The position numbers were made by a program, and so were the translations under genes. Positions 9,668 through 21,533 of a stretch of 64,000 bases of DNA are shown in pieces (positions within the stretch are counted from its first letter, which is position 1; every line of letters begins with the position of its first letter). Source of the DNA: Naegleria gruberi (Eukaryota); assembly GCA_000004985.1 (NCBI GenBank), contig GG738878.1; one strand, 5' to 3'. The notes beneath the pieces were generated by a model. It searched no databases. It saw only the letters and a list, made by a program, of their open reading frames with translations, and was not told the origin of the DNA.

Positions 9668-12600
9668 TTACTTGGCTGATTGACTTTGTTTTTGAGAGCC
9701 TCCTTGTTGAGTGGAATTGGAAGATTCCTCTCTCAATCTAGCTCTATATTCTACATTTTCCAAAGTAATGGAACGAAGAATAGGGAAGAAGGAAACATCT
9801 TGCTCATGAACACAATTACTCACATATTGTTCAGAACCTGTATATTCTGTCTTTGGTTTTCTATTCAAGTGAATGAGGAAGAAGAGATAGTTCCACATGT
9901 TGTGTTCCTTTCTGACGTGATTGTTAAAAGTAATACCTTCGTTGGCCTTTTGGTCAAATCTAGCCCTCTCAATATCGCAAATGAAACACTTATTCTTGAG
10001 ACGATCTTCAGTCTTTTCACGATTTTCTCTCAACTCGGCAAATGATTCCAAAATAATACCGAAAACTACTTCAAACAATACGACAATAACAACCAAGATG
10101 AAGAGCATGTTGATAATTTCTCTTGTCCAGATTCCCCAACTTGGTGTGAACTGATCTTCGAAGAAACCACCTGTTCTCAAACCATAATTCAACGTATTTA
10201 GCATACAGTCAGCTGCTGAATCACATAAGAATTGCTTATCAGAGTTATCACTCTTGAGATAGAATGTTTCTGGTACAAAGGCGAATATCATGAGGGAGAA
10301 GAACCAAATTGCCACAATCATGAGCATGCTTGTTAAAACGAAACGTTCTGCTGTTGTTTGAATACTGAGCACAATATCATACAGTGTATCAAAACGAACT
10401 ACAACTTCAAACAAGTGAATGGCATAGACAATAGGATTAACTGTCAGACCCAATACTGAAACTACCCAATAGACCACAAGGAAGGAAACGTAAAAGTCTT
10501 TGGCTAGATATTTGAGGTAATTCTTATAGAATTGTCTATCTCTTGGTAAATCTTCCCACTTCTCTCCCATTTTCAACTTGAATTTCTTCTTAACTTCCAA
10601 AGTTGCAAAGAAGTATAAATAGGTACCAAAAAGCAAGGACGTAGTTACTAATTGAATGACACCGAGAACTGTCTGAACGTAATCTAGCCAATCTGTTTTC
10701 CAATCACCTTGATATTGGAAACTACCAGTAGTGGAATCATCTGGATCGGAATAACCAGGAAGTGGAATATCTCCAGGAGTGACGGCATACATTTTCTTAA
10801 AACCAAACAATACGAAACAGTTAATAATGAGAGAAAGTAAGAAACTCAAAAGCTTGATCTTACTCCAATTGTCCTCTCTCAAAAACCTCCACAAGAAGGA
10901 AACTATGAAATTACTACTTAAAACCTTTTGATTTCTATCAGATTCAAATTGTTTGTAGTGAACAATTTCTGTATAGAAGGTATCAGTTTGATCGAAAAAG
11001 TTACGAATCTTTTCTTGTGCTGTGTACTCCTCAGAGTTGACAGAGGTGAGGAAATTCTTACGGGATTTTTCTGAGAGGAAGCTACTTTCATTTGGAATTC
11101 GGTAGTAAACATTTTCTATAGTATTATTTCTAACAATTTCCATTCTTCCTGTTTCTTTTTCAACTGGTACCAGGTATCTGGAATATTCTGGAACTTCCAA
11201 CAAGTGTGAAATTTTCTTGTTACTATTTTCAGAGAATGTACTCTTTGAGCTACTTTGGCTGTCATTAACAAATATATTCTCACCATCAGATAGGGTATTC
11301 AATAGGAAGTAAATTTGGAAAGCAATCTCTTCGTATTGTTCGGTAGCCTCACAAATTCTCTTTTGCTTTTCTTTGGTGAGCTGTTTATCTCTAAAGCTGT
11401 CTCTGAATCCATCTTGGGTAACTTCAGCCTGTATTCTTGAAGTCATTTCTTCCTTTGCACCAATATTCAGGTCAATCTTGGGCAAGCCTTTACCTCTACT
11501 TTCATCAATGAATTGGGTTGGTGTGAAAGAAATAACGCAACACTTCTTTAAAAATTCCATAATGTCTGGGAAATTCAAACTGTCTCTCATGATCATTGCA
11601 ATCTTGTGATTGTTGCTTCCTTCCAACAAAGAAGTCAAACAAATAAACATGGCTCCCTTCAATTCCAAGCACTTGTCCAACTTGAAAACACCCTTATAGT
11701 CCTTTGACATAATTTCATTACAAACAAAGTAGAATTTTGGAGACATGCCAATAACTTGTTGAGTGGTTAGGCAGGGGCCTTGTACAAATTCAGTGAGTGA
11801 ATCAAAACATTGGATAGCTGTTTCAATATTATCAGCTGTAATGTCTTTTTCTAGAGCTACAATAAAATTCAGGCACTCTTCAACAATATTGAAACTTTGA
11901 GTATTGTACTTTTGTTCTGCCAAATAGTGCTGCAAGTCATTGTTGTGACCTTCTGTCATCAATTGGAGGAAACGTAGAATTTCTTCAATATGTCCCTTTT
12001 CTTCAAACTCTTCTTGGAATGTTTCTTCATTTTCTTTTTCATTATCATCTGTTTGATTACTACTAGATGATTGAGCAGTTGGGGTAGCAGGAACAGTTCC
12101 AGGATTGTCTCCTCTTCTCAACTTTTTGGCTCTGTACTGTTTGAAATCTTGCTTCTTTTCCTGTTGTCTCTTGTAGTAGGCTTTTCTTTCCTTAATTTCA
12201 TCAATAGATAATCTGATTCTGTCACGAATGGACAAGAAGAATCTTTCCGTGCTTCCCTTCTTGAAGAGGGAGTAAATATAGCCCTGAACAATATTGTTAC
12301 CTTCAAAGAGCATGGAAACACCAAGCTCAATGGAAGACTTCATAATTTTGTGATCTTCACTGCAAACCATTTCCAAAACCAGTTCTGGTATTTTGGCCTT
12401 TGCCAAGTCATGGTGGAACTTGTTTAATTTTCTTTGTCTCTGCTCAGCATTCAACTTTTCCAAAACAGATTCATCTTGTTGAGTATTCATAATTTGCTTT
12501 AACATTTCAATGGAATAGAGGGCTAAATTACTAATACTGCCTGCCTTTCCAATAATTTCTCCGTCTTTACTTGAAGGAGCTAATTCTGATATTCTTCTAA

Positions 12601-15600
12601 TAACATTTACAATCATATCAAGATAGCCTCTATATTGTTCATAGAGCAGAATACCCAAATTGGCAAAGTTAGATTCTTGGGTTAGGATTGTAGTAAATCC
12701 ACTCACATAGACCTTGTATTGTTTCATGTACTTTTCGTCTTCATCCTCTTTCTTTTGAGCAAGAACTAATTGCTTGTTTTGTTGTTTTTGCATGTGTTGC
12801 TTGAATTGAGTTGCTTTGGTGGAAGAAGCTTCCTTCAAGAATTTGAATATTTCTTGAGTAAATTCTTGTGGCATTGATTTGGATTGATTTCCACTCTTGC
12901 TAACTTTACACATGGCTTGCAAGCATTTTATAACAGCCTCCTTGTGTGCAGCTTCTGCAACTGTTTGATAGAGATTGAACAGATTTTCAATAACAGCCTT
13001 GATTACTTCTAATTGTTGAGGTTCTCCAGTAAAATCGTTAGGAGGGAACTTCAAGTGGAAGTAATGGTGAATGAATGGAATCATAAGTTGGAAGATGTAC
13101 TTGATTTCTACATAAAGCTTTTCCTCTGGATCGTGTCCCATTAATGAATCATCCCCTTGACCCTCCAATGGCTTCTTCAATCTCAATACGAAAGAAGTTT
13201 TGGCCAACTCTAATGGGTTAGAATCTTGAGAACTGGTATTTCTTGGATGCACACCAACCCCTATTGGAGTGGCTACAGATCTGGCATCAAGTGGATCAGT
13301 TAGAATAATTTCGGTACTTCTTCTATTGTTGGAATTACCACCACTATTAACAAACATATCGAGCTCTCTTGCCATCTTGGCCAATAAACGGAATATTGGA
13401 GAGCTACTAGACATTTGCTTTTCATCTTGAACCTTATCTGCGTTGATGTAAACTTCATCCAAAAAACGGAGGAGTGGATTTCTCAACTCTGGGATTGTAT
13501 TAGGACTCAGCAATTGTTTCAAAATATCTTCAATAGATAATAAGGATTGAAGTTTAACTTCAGCAACATGATTTCTTCCATCACCACACTCTGCCAACAA
13601 ACTTAAAAGCTCAATATGGTAACAAAGGATACCATCAGGTTGTGTTTCGTGTTCCTTATTCTTGATTCTTCTATCTCTTTCCTTGATTCCTTCTTCATCG
13701 TTAAAAAGAACAATAACATCCTTCTTACGATCCAGTAAATTTTGAGTGACCAGTGTTTGGTTTCTCTTGATTGGATTTCCATCAGTACCCATGAGAATAA
13801 TCTTCAAAAAGTTGAGATAGCGAGCCTTTAAACCATGTTCTGCAATAAGATCGATAAGGTATCTAATGTGTCTTTCTTCCAACATACTACACAAGCCTCT
13901 GTTATTTCTAACAACTTCACAGATGAGTGTTGACATGCCCAAATCTTGACCAATCTTTGACATGAAGAATTCAAGATAAGGGAAGAGGATAGTTTGGTTT
14001 TCTGCATTCTTTCTCACAAAATCTGAAAGGAAGCGAACACATGCCTTGTGAATTCTTTGTTGGGATCTATTATCATCGAATGACATGGTAAGAGTTTCAA
14101 TAGCCAATTCGTGAGCACTCAAGTTTCTTAGGATTCTCTGGGTTCTTGAGCCATTCTTTTCATAATCGTCTTCAACTCGTTTGAAACTTTGTTGAATACT
14201 CTTTGAGTATTGCTCCAATGATGTTCCTGATGAAGAGTTAGCAGCATTGATAAAATTTTTAAGATCTTTCAAAATTTCGAGAATGTTATCATAACTTTTC
14301 ATGACGGCACTGGAAACTAATAATTCGATTCGTGGCAACAAGTCTTTAAGCTCTTCCTTCTCTCTATGAATACGAATCAATAAGTTAAGTGCCTTTACGG
14401 CCAATGAAGCATTTTTACACTTGGTCAAATCAATAAGAATTTTTGTAAGGTTTTGAACGGATGCAGATTCGTTAAATATGGAATCTTTGAAAAGTGAATT
14501 TTTAACAAAATCTTGACGCTTGTCTTCTGATTTGTCACTAACAGTGAAACTGTACTTGAAATTAATCAAGAAAAAGTCCACTCTAACGTTCAGTTGTTGA
14601 GATTTGATAATATCGAAAATTTCACAAACTTCTTGCTTGATTCTTGTAGTAATCATAGTTTGCTCATTCTCCTCATAAATTGCATCAAGTGCTGGTTTTC
14701 CATTAAGCTTGTCATTTGTACAATCCAAAAGCTTTAGCAATTCAACGACAACTCTGTGGGTTGGATAAATATTTGACAAATCAAACATGCCCAATTCAAA
14801 CATCTTTTTGGTCATGAAAACAAGGTTATAAATGAATAAATTCTTTTGAACACTTGTAATATCATTACCACAATCTAATTGATAGTTTTCCTTGTAAAAG
14901 TCTGTCAAGAAGGTACGAAGCTCTTTGATCTTTTTGTCGTCTTGAGTCTTTTTCATCTTTTCAATTTCTGTCCACTTTCTTGTGAAGGAAATTGTTGGAT
15001 TGGCTTCATAAGGATCAACATCCAAGAAACAATTCAAAAGAAGTGTACAAAAGCTGGATCTAATTTCAAATGGTAAATTCTTCTCCTTGATGCATGCCAA
15101 AATAAGCTCATAGCTGAACTTATTCTGAATGTATTGGATAGCTTCCTTATTTCTTCCTAAACACAAGAGAGACAAGAGTTCAATTTGTTTTTGGAAAAAG
15201 TTGAGCAAAATTAAAAAATCATCCTGTCCATCAAAGTTTGCAGTATTCGCAGAAAGTGCCTGAGACATTGCCTTTGACACAAATTCCAACAAACCATATT
15301 CAGTTCCATTAACCTTGATGCAAAGTTTGTTCTTTGGATCATTATCTACAAAGTAAGGGAACATGAGAGAGTTTGTAACCTTTTCGTCTTCGAAAAGCAA
15401 CTCGGTAATGTAGCTTTGGTTCTTCTTGATTGGTCTATTACCACAAGCACACAATGCACTAAGGAAGGAAAGATAGATTGAATTTTTAGCACTCAAATAC
15501 TCAGTGGCTGTTTCTTCTGATGATTCTTCTTTCTTTGGTGTCATTTTCTTTGCTGGAGAAGAGGAAAAACCTCTTGGGGTAACCATAAGTTTCCGTGGAG

Positions 15601-18600
15601 ATGTTAAATTTTCATCAAATCCGCCACTTTCCTCATCTACCAACAATCTTACAAAGTATCTTATTTGCTCTTTTGGCATTCTGTTCAATAGTCCATAGTT
15701 ATTTGTTAAAATTTCAATTAGGGCAACACTGGCTCCAACATCCATTTTGATATGTTGCTGAATTTCGGTAATATATTTTGACATGTACAATCCATTGTCA
15801 CTGTTCAATTTGACAGATTGTTTGATCACTCTGTACAAGTTACGGAGCAAGTAGTGATAAGATGCCAGATCTGACTCTGTCCATGTATTTTCATCTCCCA
15901 ATTTAGCAGGACTTTCTCCAAAAACTGAAAGTGAAACAATATCTGGAACATTATCAACTAACTCTTCTATAAGTCTCATTACTAAATCAATTACACCTCT
16001 TTCTCTGAGAATATTTTGTCTGCTCTTGAATGGAATACCTTCTCTCTTGAGTGGATCCTCTTCATCAGAGTCAGTCAAAAAACAAACCAATTGTGCAAGG
16101 GCAGGCAAGAGTGTTTGAAGTAACACTTTGAAATCGTCTGGTCTCTTGATAGATCTGGATTGAACTCTCCTCATAAAACTTTCAATTAATGGATAAATAC
16201 TTTGAACAAGAAGTAAGTCTTCGAGCTCCTGTTGAGGAACCTTGTAAACGGAGAATACATCCTGTTCATATAATACATTGGTAGCATAGAGTCTGAATTT
16301 CTTACGAGAGGACTTCTTTTCTGGTTTAATCATTCCAGCATTGGCAGCATTGTTTTGAGTGAGAGCTTGTTTTCTAAGATTGAGAGTTGGTTTGTTGGTG
16401 GTTGTACTACTTGGAGTTGATGGAGTTGTTTCATTCTTTCCCTTGAGTGGCGTATCATCTGCCTTCATAAGACTTGAACCAATACCAGAATCACTACTCA
16501 CACCATGAACCCAAGTCTGACTGTGGGCATGTTTCAAACGGAAATAGCTTTGCAAAGGTATTGGAGCAGTATTATGATGATTATCATGTCTCGATTGTAC
16601 ATCATGTTGACAAATAATGAAAGTGGTATCATCACTTCCCAATCCATCTTTTACAGCCAATTCAAGAGAGACACCAATTTGCTCCTTCTTTACAGCAGCC
16701 AATAGCTTTCGCTTCAACAATTTCCAATATTGATCTGTTGCTGAATTACCTGGAGATGATGTTGTTGATGAAAGTGAAATACTACTCTCATTGAATACTG
16801 AAATATTGACTTGGGATGCACTGGCAACAGATGATCTATCAAAGTCTTCAGTGTTGGCTGTAGTTCTTCTGGAAAGTTTAGAGAAGAAGGAATTTGTAAT
16901 TCCAAATTCATCATCTGAATCACTGGAGAAATCATCAAAAATATCTTCATTCTCCTCTACAAAATGACTATCCTTTGAGGCATACAGATATTTTCCACTG
17001 GAAACATGTTTAAATCTATACTTCTTATTCCACATCAAGGCACCACCTCTAGTAGGGTCAACCATTTCTACTTCCCACAAACTATCTGTGAATGCGTACA
17101 TTTTATCATTCTTTGATTGGCTCGTATCGTCATCTGTTGACTTTTTGTTGGATTTGATTGGGAGAAGAGCCTTATCGGCTGTTGAGGAAGAGGTCTTGTT
17201 GGCACTGCCAACACATTCTACTCTACCAGTTTTAGAGTTGACCGATAAAAAACTATTCAATTCTGTATGGAAAAGCCTAATAACATCACCAGCCTTTAAC
17301 ATGTTACCTGAATGAATACTTAAATAGGGAGAAAATAGACGAATTCTCCAATTGGTATATGAAAAAGATGAGGTAAATGTTGTACCTGGTATCATGTTGA
17401 TTTCTCTTCTGTCATCTTCATCAAGGGAAACCTGAGTTGATGTTGAGATGAGTTGATTATTCGAGGACAAAACCGTTGAGTAAGTAAATTGACCCAAATG
17501 AAGGAAGGTGTTACTCTTCCTGTTAAAAAATCTGACTTGATCACTCAATTTTACAGCATCACCCTCCGATCTGAATTTGTAATAAGGTAATACAATAACA
17601 TGAGATGTCGAATCTATAGCTTCTTCTGAAACAAGTGTTAGCTTGAGACAATCTTTTTGCTTTTCTGCTTTTTCTCTTGGATTTACACACAAGTATTTCT
17701 TAGTTTTCAAATGCATGAGTTGGATTGGTTGACCATATAATATTTCTTTACCAATATTTCTTTCATATTCAATATTGTTTTGTTGTTTTTCTCTTTCCAT
17801 TTTTCTTTCCAATTCTTCAATTTGAGCTCTTTGTTCCTCAGTCAAATCTAGAAAATGATATTGATGAGATTTGATGAAAGTTTTTACAGAAGGAGCTTGA
17901 ACATATTGTGTTCGAGTGGCTGCACTTGTGGAAACAGCTCCTTCTTCGTTATTTACGGCTAATTGTCCACTACTGGTATTCATGTCATTGGTGCTTTTTG
18001 ATGTTAAAATTCCACTCATGTTTGCACTTGATGATATTGTCATGGCAATAGAGCTGTTGGCAAGATTGACCGTGGTAGTAGAAGCATTGGCAGCATTTGT
18101 TGTGCTAACGGCAGCTGTTGCAGTTTTTGTAACTTTGGCCGACTGATTCATGGTCCTCAATTTTACATTTAATTGTTCCAATTTTTTGTAGAATTCTTTG
18201 TGGGCATTATAGGAAAATGCTTGTTGAACAACAAATACACATGACTTGAAATTGGATGGCAGATTCTCATCGGAAATACTTTCTAATCCACATCTAGCAT
18301 TAGCAGTAAATCTATTATTTTACATGATCACAACATAAAACAATTAAATACAATGTTCAAAAACTCTGAGAGATGAATATTTAAAACCTACCCTTTCACA
18401 CTCATGAATCCAATTTCCTCACCATTTTCATCAGTTGCCTGTTCATCATCATTTTGATAATAGACCGAAATTAAATCACCCACACAAAGCGACCTCTGAT
18501 TGAGTTGAGGTTGTTGCAACAGAAGGCTCTGAGAGGGAAGCGCTGATGATGTTCCGTTGTTTTTATTTGTTGTGTTTCCTGCCGAAACTGAGAAGAGAGA

Positions 18601-18639
18601 ACGAAGTGATTTTTTAGAGTGATTGGATGGTGGTAACAT
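9668..18639 (-). CDS. iplA: inositol 1,4,5-trisphosphate receptor-like Ca2+ channel (IplA-like), 2 exons: 18639..18392 and 18311..9668; intron 18391..18312 (80 nt, GTAGGT...AG)
   Basis: Exon 1 is the ORF-track call 18388-18639. It encodes ...SLCVGDLISVYYQ...GFMSVKG, matching the IP3R N-terminal suppressor region (LHIGDIVSLYAEGS...GFISTLG). It splices in frame (phase 2) to the large ORF. Downstream MIR/RIH-like regions follow. The C-terminus carries six TM segments, a pore region ...GLRTGGFFED..., and the conserved tail CFICDIERARFD...HNMWNYLFFL typical of IP3R/RyR channels. Confidence 0.85.
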
Positions 18640-18961
18640 CCCGAGATGAGAAAGATGATGCTATGGGTTGTTATGAGGTTGTTGTGAGTTTACGTTGTTT
18701 TCTGAAACTTGTCCAAGTGGCAGTGATGAATTTTTTTTTTAAATCTGTTCTTGACGTTTGACTGTGGATGGCTTTATGATTAGACAATCCTTCTGGTTAG
18801 TTGAAACTTGTTATCATTTTGTTAGTATTGAATTTTAAAATAAAGAAATTAAAGATTTGGTTATTTGAATGCGATAATTCATGTTAAAGAATAAATTGAT
18901 TAACATAGTGTTATCAAAGGTTTGATTATTTGGATTTATTTGACTGCTGTCTCCAAAAACT

Positions 18962-18970
18962 GGCGCCAAA
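18962..18970 (-). promoter_or_regulatory. E2F-type site TTTGGCGCC (plus strand aaaaacTGGCGCCAAAAtc) in the divergent promoter between the IP3R-like gene and the Mps1 kinase gene
   Basis: Match to the TTTSSCGC consensus, about 150 nt upstream of the Mps1-like ATG. Confidence 0.4.
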
Positions 18971-19114
18971 ATCTTCCGTTAAATCAATAAATTCACTCAA
19001 AAAAAACAACAAAAAACACAAACAGGTAGGCGCTGCCTGCAATCGCTACAATTTCATCAAGAATATTCACAACAATTTAAACAAACAACAATATAGTACT
19101 AAGAGGCGAGCAAT

Positions 19115-21424
19115 ATGAACCTATCCAACAAATTATATGTTGGAAAGGAAAATCTAACACCCAGCCATATGAATATTCTTTCTCCCCAAACAATTCCCTC
19201 ATCAAGAACATCAGCAACACAACAACCATTTAGCAAATCGATATCATCATCTAGTCTCTCGAAACCAACTATTGGAACTTATTCGAGAAGCAAGGCACTC
19301 ATTCAAATTCCAAGTTTTGAAGAATTAAAAAGCAATCAACAACCATTCCATACATTGTCCGAACTCTTCTCCAAGCTTGATACATTTCCAAATCTGCACA
19401 ATGATCAGAAAATTGAATTTATCAAATTATGTATTACTTGTATTGATAAGAGTTTTCTTAAAGTTCACGAGAGGGATATCTACATGTTTTGGATAATATT
19501 GGCCATTCAATTTGTTGGTAATAAGGATATTCCTAACTGGGATGAGGAAGTTAGAAAACGACTCGCCGAACATTTTGAATTCTTATCAAACTATAATCAT
19601 CCTGTTAAAGATGAGGAAAATTTCTACATTTTGAACGCCTTATTCGAGTGGAAAACCAATGAACAACCTGACAAAATATTCAGAAGTATTTCTAAGGTAC
19701 AACAGGGTATTAACCGATTGGGTGAAACTCCAATTTTGGCTGAAATCAAAGGTTCTCTTTTACAGAAATCAATATTTCCACAAGTTGAAATTTCTTACAA
19801 ACCAACCACAATGATTCCATCTTTTCAAAATTTACAAGTACCATCTAGCACACCAACAACTAAATCTACCTCTCCTCAAGATGTTAGTAATTCAGGTGCA
19901 GGATTATTTACTGGAAATAGAAGAAGAAGATCAAATTCAAATAATGACTTCCAACTCATACAACAAAATTCAACAAGGCAGTCAAGTCGTTCCAATCTCT
20001 TTGCCGGTAGTAAGCAATCATCGATCAATATTAATGCTGAAATGCCAAGCATTTCCTCTAGTCCATTTATTTCCTCTACTTCCCTTTCTTCCAACTCGGT
20101 TAGTGCAACACCAACTACTGCACTTTCCATCAAAACTACTAGTGTGCCCCCAACACAAAGCACACCTCAACCACTCCCAACACTCACTTTTCCAACTCCT
20201 ACTTCCATTAACACAGAGAATGTAAATAAGAGACCTAGAGAAGAAGTTGTCTCTACACCATCTGCAACTCCAAATACCAGTACTGCACCAAACAGTACTT
20301 CAACATCTGCTGTCTCTGAGGATGGCAGTGCCAAAAGGTCTAAGCCTACAGTATTTGTACCAATTAACAATAGAGAATACCAAGTATTAAAAAGGATTGG
20401 ATCAGGTGGAAGTTGCACTGTTTACAAGTGTGTTGATACCAATACCAAAGAAGAGGTTGCTATAAAACATATCAAGATTGACAGGACTAAAAACGATAAA
20501 ACTGTCCTTGATGGGTTTCTAGCTGAAGCTACTCTTTTAGAACAATTAAGAGCTGATGATATTGGAGAGAATATTATTAAATTAATTGATTACGAATATA
20601 GACCTCATAACAAGAGGGATGAAATCCTTCTTGTTATGGAGCTAGGTACCACTGATTTTAATAATATTATCAAGAAGAAGAGTGCCAACCAATCATTTAC
20701 TACAGATGAATTGAGAGTTTACTGGAGACAAATGCTTGAAGCAGTTTCCTTTATCCATTCGAAAAAGATTGTCCACACAGACATTAAGCCTGCCAACTTT
20801 TTACTTGTCAATGGTAAATTGAAACTTATCGACTTTGGTATTGCTAAAGTTCCAGATCATGAACAAACTCTAAGCATTTGTAGAAATTCTATTGTTGGTA
20901 CTCTTAACTTTATGCCACCTGAGAGTTTTATTAATCACAATGCCAATGATCCAAAATATAAGTTTGGTCCTCCTGGAGATATTTGGAGTCTTGGAATTAT
21001 CTTTTATCAGACAATTTACCAAAAGACACCATTCTCTGATTTTGAAGATCACCTCACCAAGATTGCACAAATTACAGATAGGAATAAGGAACCATATTTC
21101 CCACCATGTGAAGAGCAATACCAAGAGGCAGTTGACTTGCTGAAAACCATCTTGGTTAAAGATCCAAGTCAAAGACCTTCTATCCGAACAATTTTAGAAC
21201 ATCCATTTTTTGCTCAACCTTTACAACTTTCTATTAATACCAACGAAGAACAAGAAGCATTTTGTAAGAATGTGTTGAAAACTTTTGAATTCTTACTTGA
21301 AAACCTTCCATCTCAATCCGTTCCTCCCCAAAAAGCAGCTTTTAGATTATTAAAGCTTTGTCACGATAATAAGAATGGCGAAGAAATGTCAGAAGATGAC
21401 ATTACTAATTGCCTTTCACAATAA
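19115..21424 (+). CDS. Mps1/TTK-family dual-specificity protein kinase (769 aa); S/T/N-rich N-terminus, C-terminal kinase domain
   Basis: ATG start. Kinase motifs present: [12 protein letters not shown]...[32 protein letters not shown] (cf. TTK [26 protein letters not shown]), TLNFMPPE. Confidence 0.8.
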   Translation: [769 protein letters not shown]

Positions 21425-21533
21425 ATCTTATTAATTTATTACTACTAGGAAATTTATTCACCAATCCCATCACAAAATCAACTTTATTCCCGCCCATTTA
21501 TCTTGTTTTAAATATTTAAAAAAATTAAAAAAA

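Noticed and set aside
18930-19118. 62-aa ORF immediately upstream of the Mps1-like gene
   Set aside because: Non-ATG start in the ORF track; lies in the promoter/5'UTR; lysine/asparagine-rich with no features.
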